53,723 bases of DNA from Christensenellaceae bacterium (GTDB lineage: Bacteria > Bacillota > Clostridia > Christensenellales > Borkfalkiaceae), in NCBI GenBank assembly GCA_045646745.1, contig JAZRLL010000121.1:1-53723 (forward strand), read 5' to 3'. The notes under the pieces are model-generated. The model was not told the DNA's origin, made no database searches, and was given only the letters and a program-made list of their open reading frames with translations. Numbering within the stretch: position 1 is the stretch's first letter; each line of letters begins with the position of its first letter. Shown one piece after another: positions 8,043 through 16,516 of the stretch. Both the position numbers and the translations under genes were made by a program.

Positions 8043-8693
8043 ATGGTAGAATTATACTTAAATACAAAAAATAGTGTTTTTGAAGTCAAAAACGAAGTTT
8101 ATAAAGACGACAAAATAATAATTTTTAATCAAAACGGACTCAATAAAATAAATTATAAAAATGAATTAAACGGAAGTGAAAGTCTGCTTACTAATTTTGC
8201 AAAAGTTAGCAAAATTTCATCAAAAGTTTTAATATCGGGGGCGTTTTCAGATAATTACGGAATAAAAAGAAAATCTTGTGTAGTTGCAGATAAGGGCAAA
8301 CTTCTAGGTATTCAAGATATGTGCCTTAATTATGATGCTAGTGCTTTTTCAATAGGCGGTAGCCATAAAATTTTTCAAACTTCACAAGGGAAAATCGGTG
8401 TTTTAGTAGACGACGATTTGTATAATTTTGAAAGCGTTAAAGCAATGTCAATTTGCGATGCGGATTTAATCGTTGCACTTATTTTTAGTGAAGAAAAACC
8501 GCAGTTTAGTTATATTATAAAAACTTATTCTTATTTGTTTGGAGTTCCGTTTGTAGTTTTAACGAAAAATAGCACGTTAATAAGTAATTCAAACGGCGAA
8601 ATTGTTGGTGGCGGAAGAAATGACGAAACTCACTCAATATTGCCGTTAAAAAAGGGTTATAGATTAATATCTTTAAAAAAACGTGGAAATTAA
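8043..8693 (+). CDS. Carbon-nitrogen hydrolase-like protein, apparently catalytically degenerate
   Basis: The core reads like a nitrilase-superfamily fold (G..S....K.SCVV.DKGKLLG; GKIGVLVDDDLYNFES; CDADLIV). The positions of the catalytic Lys and Cys appear substituted. Alignment was by eye only. Confidence 0.4.
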   Translation: MVELYLNTKNSVFEVKNEVYKDDKIIIFNQNGLNKINYKNELNGSESLLTNFAKVSKISSKVLISGAFSDNYGIKRKSCVVADKGKLLGIQDMCLNYDASAFSIGGSHKIFQTSQGKIGVLVDDDLYNFESVKAMSICDADLIVALIFSEEKPQFSYIIKTYSYLFGVPFVVLTKNSTLISNSNGEIVGGGRNDETHSILPLKKGYRLISLKKRGN

Positions 8694-8703
8694 AGGAAGA
8701 AAA

Positions 8704-9201
8704 ATGAAGTTTAACATCGTACTCGTACAACCAGAAATCCCGCAAAATACGGGCAACATTTCAAGGACTTGCGCTATAACTAATAGTTCGCTTTATTTAG
8801 TTAAGCCGTTAGGCTTTGAAATTTCGGACAAGCACTTAAAAAGAGCAGGGCTTGATTATTGGCAGTATTTAGACGTTCATTACGTTGATAGTTTAGAAGA
8901 ACTTATTTTGAAACATTATAATGGCTCAAATTTCCATTTTTTATCAACGAAGGGTAAAAAGGTGTATACTAATCAGACTTTTAAAGACGGGGACTTTTTG
9001 GTTTTTGGAAAGGAGTCTCACGGTTTACCCGAGCCACTTTTAAAAGAACATTATGAAGAAACTTTAAGAATACCGATGTTCGGGAATTTAAGAAGTTTAA
9101 ACTTATCAAATTCCGTTGCGATAGTTTTGTATGAAGCGTTAAGGCAAAACGATTTTTTCGGGCTTAACGAAGAAGGATTTTTAACGGGGAGAGAAGATTA
9201 A
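8704..9201 (+). CDS. trmL: tRNA (cytidine/uridine-2'-O)-methyltransferase TrmL (SpoU/TrmH family)
   Basis: Reads MKFNIVLVQPEIPQNTGNISRTCA...LKRAGLDYW. ATG 8704 has AGGAAG 5 nt upstream. The track ORF opens earlier, at 8683. Confidence 0.85.
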   Translation: MKFNIVLVQPEIPQNTGNISRTCAITNSSLYLVKPLGFEISDKHLKRAGLDYWQYLDVHYVDSLEELILKHYNGSNFHFLSTKGKKVYTNQTFKDGDFLVFGKESHGLPEPLLKEHYEETLRIPMFGNLRSLNLSNSVAIVLYEALRQNDFFGLNEEGFLTGRED

Positions 9202-9204
9202 CAA

Positions 9205-10023
9205 ATGAAAATAATAAGTAGTGTGTTAGATTTTTTTAAATTTAAAACGGACTATAAACCAATTCCATTTGGTCTATATCATATATTGTGCTTAATTTTA
9301 ACGATTTTCGCATGTGTATTTTTGTGTGTAAAATTAAAAAATGCAAGTCAAAAAAGGATTTATAGAGCGGTATTTTATATGTGGCTTATTATGTTCGTGT
9401 TTGAAATTTATAAGCAAATAACGTATAGTTTTTCCGTTGAGAACGGGCGTTTAGTCTTTAATTACGATTGGAAGATTTTTCCATTTCAATTTTGTTCTAC
9501 TCCGCTATACGTATTGCCTTTAATTTTACTAACTAAAAAGAATAAAATTGGAGATTATTTAATTTCATACAACGCATTTTTCGCTTTGTTTGGCGGACTT
9601 ATAGTAATGGCGTATCCAGCGCAAGTTTTTAGCACTTCGCTTTTAGGAATTTTAATTCAAACTATGCTTCACCACGCTTTAATGATAACGAGTTCAGTTT
9701 TGTGTATACTTTTAAGCAAGGACAAACTTAATTTCAAATTCTTTTTGAAAGGCGTGGTAGTATTTTGGATAGCCCTTATAATAGCACAAATATTTAACGA
9801 AACGTTAACGCCTATTGCCTCAAAAGAATTTAATATGTTCTACGTTAGCAGGCACGTTAAAACTACGTTAGTAATTTTAAAAGATATATACGATTTACTT
9901 CCTTATTTTTTAGTGTTTTTCATATACGTTTTAGGCTTTATTTTAATTGCGTTTTTAATTTACGCAATTTCAAAAATCTGTTTTAGAAAAAGATATAATA
10001 TCAATAACGAACACGAAAAATAA
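9205..10023 (+). CDS. Integral membrane protein, YwaF/TMEM164-like
   Basis: A 272-aa polytopic protein. The N-terminal F..F...Y.P.PFGLYHI pattern resembles the YwaF family. The family call is tentative. Confidence 0.45.
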   Translation: MKIISSVLDFFKFKTDYKPIPFGLYHILCLILTIFACVFLCVKLKNASQKRIYRAVFYMWLIMFVFEIYKQITYSFSVENGRLVFNYDWKIFPFQFCSTPLYVLPLILLTKKNKIGDYLISYNAFFALFGGLIVMAYPAQVFSTSLLGILIQTMLHHALMITSSVLCILLSKDKLNFKFFLKGVVVFWIALIIAQIFNETLTPIASKEFNMFYVSRHVKTTLVILKDIYDLLPYFLVFFIYVLGFILIAFLIYAISKICFRKRYNINNEHEK

Positions 10024-10063
10024 GTTATATTAAAAAATTTTAAAGTTTAAAAAGGAGAAAGGT

Positions 10064-11227
10064 ATGCAACAATCGGTTGAGAAAGTGTTTTTTGCGTTAA
10101 TTCGCTATGAGTTTTCTAGTGAACTTTCACAAGAAATTAAAAATTTAATATCAAAAGAGTTGCTTAAACCTTTGTTCAACCTATCTAAATGTCACGATTT
10201 AGCGCATTTGGTTGGCGACGCATTAGTTCAAAAGGGCTTAATTAGTGGCGATAGTGAAGAAGAAAAACTATTTTTGCACGAAAGGAATTTAGCAATCCTT
10301 CGCCACGAACAAATGCAGTATGAATACGAGCAAATTTGTAAAACTTTTGAGCAAGCAAAAATACCTTTTATTCCCTTAAAAGGTGCGGTTATCAAAAATT
10401 ATTATAAAGAACCTTGGCTTAGAACGAGTTGTGATATTGATATTTTAGTTAAAAAAGAGCATTTAGATTTAGCAATTTCTGCTTTAAAAGAAAATTTAAA
10501 TTATAAGTGTAATTTAATAGGTAATCACGATGCTCAATTATATTCTCAAACTAACGTGCATTTGGAACTTCATTACTCGCTTTTAGCAAGGGAAACAAGT
10601 GCCGAATTAACAAAGATTTTATCTTCCGTTTGGGATAACGCAGTTAAAAAGACTGATTATTTATACGAAATGAAAGACGATTTCTTTTATTTGTATATAA
10701 TTTCTCACGTTGCAAACCACTTAAAATGGGGCGGTTGTGGGGTTAGACCTTTTATTGATATTTATATTTTAAATACTATGATAGATTTTTGTAATGAAGA
10801 TAGAGAAAATTTATTAAAAATGTCAGGGCTTTTAACCTTTGCAAACGCAGTTAAAAACCTATCAGACGTTTGGCTACTTAATAAAGAGCCCGACCAATTA
10901 AGCGTGAATTTAGAAAAATACGTTTTATCAGGCGGAGTTTACGGAAGTTTAGAAAATAACGTGGCGGTTTCAAAAGTTAAAACGCCAAGTAAATTTAAGT
11001 ATTTATTAAGTAGGATATTTTTACCTTATAGCAGTTTAAAGTTAAGATATAATAGACTACAAAAATATCCAATTTTATATCCTTATTATTTAGTAAAAAG
11101 ATGGTTTAGAATAATTTTTAATAAAGGCAAAAGGGAAAAAGCAATTTTGGAATATAATGAAGTAGTTAAAGTAGATAAAGAAAATCAAAGCGACGTAAAA
11201 TCCTTGCTTGACAATTTACAAATATAA
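10064..11227 (+). CDS. Uncharacterised nucleotidyltransferase family protein (NTP_transf_5-like)
   Basis: Motifs PLKG......Y..P.LR...DIDILV and LELHY are typical of this family. Strong RBS AAGGAGAAAGG. Confidence 0.6.
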   Translation: MQQSVEKVFFALIRYEFSSELSQEIKNLISKELLKPLFNLSKCHDLAHLVGDALVQKGLISGDSEEEKLFLHERNLAILRHEQMQYEYEQICKTFEQAKIPFIPLKGAVIKNYYKEPWLRTSCDIDILVKKEHLDLAISALKENLNYKCNLIGNHDAQLYSQTNVHLELHYSLLARETSAELTKILSSVWDNAVKKTDYLYEMKDDFFYLYIISHVANHLKWGGCGVRPFIDIYILNTMIDFCNEDRENLLKMSGLLTFANAVKNLSDVWLLNKEPDQLSVNLEKYVLSGGVYGSLENNVAVSKVKTPSKFKYLLSRIFLPYSSLKLRYNRLQKYPILYPYYLVKRWFRIIFNKGKREKAILEYNEVVKVDKENQSDVKSLLDNLQI

Positions 11228-11237
11228 AGATACAAAT

Positions 11238-11280
11238 AAAAAAGCGATTGTAAAAATTTTACAATCGCTTTTAATTTTTT
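11238..11280. terminator. Bidirectional intrinsic terminator (convergent genes)
   Basis: AGCGATTGTAAAA (11243-11255) pairs with TTTTACAATCGCT (11257-11269), with flanking A- and T-runs. Confidence 0.8.
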
Positions 11281-11286
11281 TAAATT

Positions 11287-12042
11287 TTAAATTAACACGT
11301 CAAATACGAGCATTAAGCAAAGTCCGAAAAGTAGTGAAAAGGTTGCACCCCTTTCGTTTCCGTGCGAGTGAGTTTCGGGTATCATTTCATCGCTTATAAC
11401 GTAAATCATAGTTCCGCCCGCAAACGATAATGCAAACGGCAAAATCATAGAAGATATAGAAATTGCAAAATATCCTATAAAAGTACCTACAACTTCAATT
11501 AAACCCGTTAAAGACGCAATTAATAAAGTTTTTCTTTTAGATATTCCCGAAGAAAGTAATGGAGCAATAATAACCATACCTTCTGGAATATTTTGAAGAG
11601 CGATACCCCCTGCAATAGTTAAAGCGTTTGAAATATTTCCGCTACCAAAACCCACGCCAGACGCTATGCCTTCTGGGAAATTATGAATTGCAATAGCAAT
11701 TACGAAAAGCATAACTTTATTAAAGTTTGCTACGTTTTTAGGGTGAGTTTCGCTATCTAATTTTACTAAATTATGTAAGTGCGGAACAAGTTTATCAATA
11801 AAATTAATAGTAATTGCTCCTAAAAAAATTCCAACTATTGAAAAAATTATATCGGTAATACTACCAGAACTAACCGCTGGCAAAATCAAACCCACAATCG
11901 CAGCAAAAAGCATTACGCCTGACGCAAATCCTAAAATAATATCGTTAAATTTATGCGAAGTGTTTTTAAAAATAAATCCAATTAAAGCCCCAACGACCGT
12001 TGCTCCGCCAACGCCTAGGGCTGTCAATAATACTATACCCAT
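11287..12042 (-). CDS. zupT: ZIP-family divalent metal (zinc) transporter
   Basis: Contains HNFPEGIA and IPEG motifs in an approximately 8-TM, 251-aa protein, with an RBS upstream on the minus strand. Confidence 0.8.
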   Translation of the reverse strand: MGIVLLTALGVGGATVVGALIGFIFKNTSHKFNDIILGFASGVMLFAAIVGLILPAVSSGSITDIIFSIVGIFLGAITINFIDKLVPHLHNLVKLDSETHPKNVANFNKVMLFVIAIAIHNFPEGIASGVGFGSGNISNALTIAGGIALQNIPEGMVIIAPLLSSGISKRKTLLIASLTGLIEVVGTFIGYFAISISSMILPFALSFAGGTMIYVISDEMIPETHSHGNERGATFSLLFGLCLMLVFDVLI

Positions 12043-12123
12043 ACTCTTTACCTTACGTGATTTTATATATTTAGTGTACTATTATATTATATAAAAGTCA
12101 ACACGAACCTTGTTAATAAAAAG

Positions 12124-12152
12124 AAAAAAACTCTTTTGAAAAAGAGTTTTTT
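12124..12152 (-). terminator. Intrinsic terminator downstream of the phosphoribosyltransferase gene
   Basis: AAAAAAACTCTTT-TGAA-AAAGAGTTTTTT is a symmetric hairpin with runs on both sides. Confidence 0.7.
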
Positions 12153-12165
12153 GTTTTAGTTAAGT

Positions 12166-12705
12166 TTACATTACAGGGATATGTTGAAGATAAATAATGT
12201 CTTTTCTTTCTTTTGCGTCGCCTTCGGCTAAAACGAAAGCCTTTTTATGAAGTATTCCGCCCGCTTTTAAAACTAATTCTTCAAGACCTTTAAGTGAAGC
12301 GCCGGTTGAAACGACGTCGTCAACGATTCCAACTTTTTTGCCTTTAATAAGTTCAACATCGTGTTTAGAAAGGTATAATTTTTGTACTTCGCCCGTTGTT
12401 ATAGACGAACCAATCGTAATATCAATACCGTCTTGCATATATAACTTTTTAGATTTTCTTGCAACTGCGTAATAGTGTTGATTAAGTTCCCTTGCAACCA
12501 CGTGTGCTAATTGTAAGCCCTTTGATTCCGCCGTAATAATAACTTCGCAGTCGGTTAATAATTTAGCAAGTTCTTTTCCGCAGTGTTCGGTCATTTCGCT
12601 ATTGCCGTGCAGATTAAAAAATGCAATTTTAATTCCAGAAGGTAAAGCGAGAATAGGAAGTTCAGCGTTATATCCGTTAATATCTATTTTCAAAACGTTT
12701 TCCAT
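12166..12705 (-). CDS. Purine (adenine/xanthine-type) phosphoribosyltransferase family protein
   Basis: The PRPP-binding loop VGIVDDVVSTGAS is present. The start is placed at MENVLKI (ATG at 12705), with AGGTGA 5 nt upstream. The track ORF extends to 12795 without support. Confidence 0.7.
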   Translation of the reverse strand: MENVLKIDINGYNAELPILALPSGIKIAFFNLHGNSEMTEHCGKELAKLLTDCEVIITAESKGLQLAHVVARELNQHYYAVARKSKKLYMQDGIDITIGSSITTGEVQKLYLSKHDVELIKGKKVGIVDDVVSTGASLKGLEELVLKAGGILHKKAFVLAEGDAKERKDIIYLQHIPVM

Positions 12706-12834
12706 AATTTCACCTAGTATAATTTGATTTAATTTAATTATATCACTATAAAATAAAAATGTAAATATTTTAATACTAATTTTATTAATAATCATTTTTA
12801 AGGGATTTTCGTAATATCTTAAATTGGGTGAACT

Positions 12835-15447
12835 ATGAAAGAATATACTAAAACTATTGAAAACGTAATTAAAGATTTAGAGTCAAACTATCAAGGATTA
12901 AGCGACGTGCAAGTTAAAAAATCAAGACAAAAGCACGGCGAAAACGTAATAAAAAAAGCCAAGGGTAAAAGTTTACTAAAAAAAATAACCGACGCTATGC
13001 TTGACCCTATGTTGATAATTTTAGAGATTGCTATGATTATCACTTTGGGCGTAAATATCGGTAAGGCTTTAAAGGGAGTTGAAAGTGATTTTTACGAGTG
13101 TATAGGCATTATATTTGCAATATCGGTAAGCACTTTTTTAACCGTATATATGGAAGGAAAGTCGCAAAAGGCTTTTGATATGCTAAATAAAATATACGAT
13201 ACGCAAGTAGTTAAAGTAAGAAGAAACGGGGAAATTAAACTTATTAATCAAAAAGAAATAGTAGTTGGCGATATTATTTTGCTTGAAAGTGGTGATAAAA
13301 TTTTAGCGGACGGCAGACTAATTTCTTCAAGGGAGTTATCCGTTGATGAATCAATGCTAACGGGCGAAAGTAAAGCCGTTAAAAAGTTTAGCGACGTAGT
13401 TTTAGAAGACAAAACTCCGCTTGCCGAGAGAAAAAATATGGTGTATAGCGGTACTTTCGTAGTTGGCGGAAGTGCGGAAATGCTCGTTAGTGCCGTTGGA
13501 GATAGCGCTGAAATGGGGATTATAGCATCGGATATTCAAGTAAAAAACATCGTATCTGCTCCCCTTCAAGAAAAATTAGATAGATTAGGTAAATTCGTTG
13601 CAAGTTTAGGTCTTATTGCATCGGCTTTCGTTTTGATTTTAACTATGACTCAACTCTACGTTAACAATAACGTTAGTTTTGAAACGGTTGAAGAAGCCTT
13701 TTTATCTTCAATAGTTTTAATAGTCGCTTCCGTACCAGAAGGGCTTCCGACAACGGTGGCAATTTCTTTAACGTTAAACGTTGTGAAACTTTTCAAATCT
13801 AACGCTTTAATAAAAAAATTGGTAGCGTCTGAAACGGTTGGTTGTGTTTCGGTTATTTGTTCGGATAAAACGGGCACGTTAACGGAAAACAAAATGAAAG
13901 TCGTTAAAATTTCGTATTATAAGGAAGGAAGTCAAGAGTTTATCAAAAATAATATTTGCGTAAATAGTAGTGCAGACCTTTCGTATAAAGGGAAAACCGT
14001 GTTAGATATTGGCAACGCAACCGAGTGTGCTTTGCTTAGGTTTATAGACGAAAAAAACAAGGTTTACAAAAATATTAGAGATAAGTATAAAGTTTTAGAT
14101 AGAACGCCGTTTTCTTCCGAGATTAAGTACATGTCTACGACTATTAAACAAGACGGCAATTTAATAACCTATTTTAAAGGTGCGCCTGAAATAATTATTA
14201 ATAATATAGATTTAACTCAATCCGAAAAAATCAAATTAGAAAACGAAATTAAATTTTATCAACAAGACGGCAAGCGAGTTATAGCCTTTTCTCACAAGGA
14301 AAACGAAAAAATTACGTTTGACGGGTACGTTTTAATTATGGACGCCGTAAGAAAAGACGTTTACAACTCAATTTTAGAGTGTAAAAAGGCGGGTATAGCC
14401 GTAAAAATGCTAACGGGCGATAATTACGATACTGCTTTTTCTATTGCAAAAGAATTAAAAATTGCAAGTAATAAAAGTGAAGTCGTAAACGCTCAATATC
14501 TTGACGAATTAGATGATGAAAGTTTAAAAAATAAATTAAAACACATAAAAGTCGTTGCAAGAAGCACGCCAAAAAGTAAACTTAGAATAGTAAAACTTTT
14601 AAAAGAATTAGGCGAAGTGGTAGCGGTAACGGGTGATGGAATTAACGATGCACCCGCAATAAAACACGCAGATATTGGAATCGCTATGGGAAGTGGCTCG
14701 GAAATAACCAAAGAAGCAAGCGATATAGTTTTACTTGACAACTCTTTTTCAACTATTATAACCGCAATATCTTTTGGAAGAAACGTTTATCAAAATTTTC
14801 AAAGGTTTATAACCTTTCAGTTATCGGTAAATTTAACGGCGGTTATGTTTATAGTGGTTTCTTTACTTTTAGGCCTTGAAAATCCTTTTACTACTTTGCA
14901 ATTACTATGGATAAATATAATAATGGACGGCCCGCCAGCCTTAACTTTAAGTTTAGAGTCAAGGGGCTTTGAACTTATGAATAACAAGCCCGTAAAAAGA
15001 AGTAATAATATTTTAAGTAAAAAAATGATTGCGAAAATTTTTATTCACTCAATAGTTACGTGTTCTTTATTAATATCTCAATATAAATATAATTTCCTAA
15101 ACTGTAATGAAAGCGAACTAAAAACAATTATTTTTACAATCTTTACGCTTTTCCAATTATTCAACGCCTTTAATTGCAGGGAACTTGGAAGCACGAGCAT
15201 TATAAAAAATTTAAAAAGCAACAAACCAATGTTATACGTTTTTGCTTTAACCTTTATAGTTCAAATAATTTTAACACAGTGTTTTGGAACTTTCTTTGGA
15301 ACGGTGAAATTACCCATAATAACTTGGATTAAGTGCATATTATTATCAAGTAGTATTATACTTTTGTCAGAAATCTACAAAATATTATTTAGGGTTTTTA
15401 TTAAAAATAAAAAAGATACCTTAAAAACAATAAAATCTTTTAATTAA
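12835..15447 (+). CDS. P-type ATPase, calcium-translocating (P2 type)
   Basis: Contains the CSDKTGTLTEN phosphorylation site, TGES, the TGDGINDAPAIK hinge and the PEGLP motif in TM4. Length is 870 aa. Confidence 0.85.
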   Translation: MKEYTKTIENVIKDLESNYQGLSDVQVKKSRQKHGENVIKKAKGKSLLKKITDAMLDPMLIILEIAMIITLGVNIGKALKGVESDFYECIGIIFAISVSTFLTVYMEGKSQKAFDMLNKIYDTQVVKVRRNGEIKLINQKEIVVGDIILLESGDKILADGRLISSRELSVDESMLTGESKAVKKFSDVVLEDKTPLAERKNMVYSGTFVVGGSAEMLVSAVGDSAEMGIIASDIQVKNIVSAPLQEKLDRLGKFVASLGLIASAFVLILTMTQLYVNNNVSFETVEEAFLSSIVLIVASVPEGLPTTVAISLTLNVVKLFKSNALIKKLVASETVGCVSVICSDKTGTLTENKMKVVKISYYKEGSQEFIKNNICVNSSADLSYKGKTVLDIGNATECALLRFIDEKNKVYKNIRDKYKVLDRTPFSSEIKYMSTTIKQDGNLITYFKGAPEIIINNIDLTQSEKIKLENEIKFYQQDGKRVIAFSHKENEKITFDGYVLIMDAVRKDVYNSILECKKAGIAVKMLTGDNYDTAFSIAKELKIASNKSEVVNAQYLDELDDESLKNKLKHIKVVARSTPKSKLRIVKLLKELGEVVAVTGDGINDAPAIKHADIGIAMGSGSEITKEASDIVLLDNSFSTIITAISFGRNVYQNFQRFITFQLSVNLTAVMFIVVSLLLGLENPFTTLQLLWINIIMDGPPALTLSLESRGFELMNNKPVKRSNNILSKKMIAKIFIHSIVTCSLLISQYKYNFLNCNESELKTIIFTIFTLFQLFNAFNCRELGSTSIIKNLKSNKPMLYVFALTFIVQIILTQCFGTFFGTVKLPIITWIKCILLSSSIILLSEIYKILFRVFIKNKKDTLKTIKSFN

Positions 15448-15475
15448 AATTTTTATAATAGCATAAACTTATTGT

Positions 15476-16204
15476 ATGAGCGAAATTAAGATAACGGAAA
15501 GCAGTTTAAAAAACAATAATATATTATATATAAAGAATAGTTTAGCCGAGTTAACAAGCAGTATAAACGTAAAGTCTTATTACAAAGTTGAAACGAATAG
15601 GTGTGAAATTAAATTTGACGTTTACGACGAGTATAAAGATTTATTTATAATGGAATTGGAAGATAAAATAGCAGATATAATTGCGGTAAATTATAAATAT
15701 AATTTCTTTATTAAAAACGTTAAAGTTAGCGGACTAACTCCTATTGAATACGATTTACTCATAACGTCGTTAATCTCGGCTGACGTTGAAGAAGACAAAA
15801 GATACGTTATAAGAAAACTAAAAAATTACGATGAATACTCTATTGACGGGATTTTTAATTTTAGGATGAAGCCTTTAAAAGAGAAATGGAAAGAGATAGT
15901 TTCCTATATTCCCGTAAACTTTAATTCTTTGCAATTAAAAGACTTTATAACCTATTTAATAAAGGATAAGTCTAATAAAAAAGTGTACTATGAAAACGGC
16001 AACGTGTACGATAAAAGGTTTATAAAACTGAACAAAATTAGTTTATTATACCCATCTAAAAACCAATTACCCGTAATAAAGGAAATTTTACTTTCGGGGG
16101 CGGGGTTAGTAGAAATATCGTCTTCTCTTCCAGAGGAAGATGAGAGATATATTAAGGCATTTTTTGAAAACAGAATACGCTTTTCAGAAAGTTATTTGCA
16201 ATAA
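15476..16204 (+). CDS. ytxC: Putative sporulation protein YtxC-like
   Basis: It sits immediately upstream of the thrS T-box leader, as in B. subtilis ytxC-thrS. Size and the IDGIFNFRMKPL-type motif are consistent. No obvious SD. Confidence 0.6.
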   Translation: MSEIKITESSLKNNNILYIKNSLAELTSSINVKSYYKVETNRCEIKFDVYDEYKDLFIMELEDKIADIIAVNYKYNFFIKNVKVSGLTPIEYDLLITSLISADVEEDKRYVIRKLKNYDEYSIDGIFNFRMKPLKEKWKEIVSYIPVNFNSLQLKDFITYLIKDKSNKKVYYENGNVYDKRFIKLNKISLLYPSKNQLPVIKEILLSGAGLVEISSSLPEEDERYIKAFFENRIRFSESYLQ

Positions 16205-16216
16205 AGCAAAAAACGG

Positions 16217-16246
16217 TTGACAAAAGTCTGAACAAAGTTATATAAT
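16217..16246 (+). promoter_or_regulatory. Sigma-A type promoter for the thrS leader
   Basis: TTGACA (16217-16222), an 18-nt spacer, then TATAAT (16241-16246). Confidence 0.6.
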
Positions 16247-16252
16247 AATTAC

Positions 16253-16472
16253 ACTTTAATAGGGAAGTTTATAGGACAAGTAGCGTTTTTAAGTATTTTA
16301 TAGAGAGTCGCCGTTTTGCTGGAAGGCGATAAATAAGTAAAGACAAGGCGAAACCACCTATTTAGCCCAAGTTTTGAGTAGACTTATATACTCGCAAAGT
16401 GGCCTAACGGCAATTAAGGTGGAACCGCGGTTAACATCGTCCTTAAACTCATTTGGAGTTTAAGGATTTTTT
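16253..16472 (+). promoter_or_regulatory. T-box leader (tRNA-Thr responsive), ACC specifier
   Basis: AGAGA box at 16302-16306. The specifier context is GAA-ACC-A, with ACC at 16353-16355. The T-box AATTAAGGTGGAACCGCGG lies at 16412-16430. The terminator hairpin CCTTAAACTC..GAGTTTAAGG plus a T-run lies at 16441-16472. Confidence 0.85.
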
Positions 16473-16516
16473 ATTTAAAAAACGCAAAACTATATATTAG
16501 CGTTAAGGAGAAATTT

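Noticed and set aside
11208-11399. A 63-aa plus-strand ORF spanning the nucleotidyltransferase/ZIP intergenic region.
   Set aside because: It reads straight through a strong bidirectional terminator hairpin (11238-11280) and into the antisense strand of the ZIP transporter gene. It has no RBS.
12706-12795. N-terminal extensions in the ORF track: 12706-12795 for the PRT gene, 8683 for trmL, 32619 for coaD, 38129 for the BY-kinase, 50357 for nrdR, 51616 for spoIIGA and 49 for the MFS gene.
   Set aside because: The family-typical N-termini begin at internal ATGs. Most of these have better-placed SD sequences; spoIIGA has none. The extensions use rare start codons or run into terminators or promoters.
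12043-12834. A possible Zur box upstream of the ZIP transporter gene and a purine riboswitch upstream of the phosphoribosyltransferase gene.
   Set aside because: No TCGTAAT-N-ATTACGA-like palindrome is present before the ZIP start. The PRT leader, about 130 nt shared with the divergent ATPase gene, lacks the conserved purine-riboswitch junction sequences.
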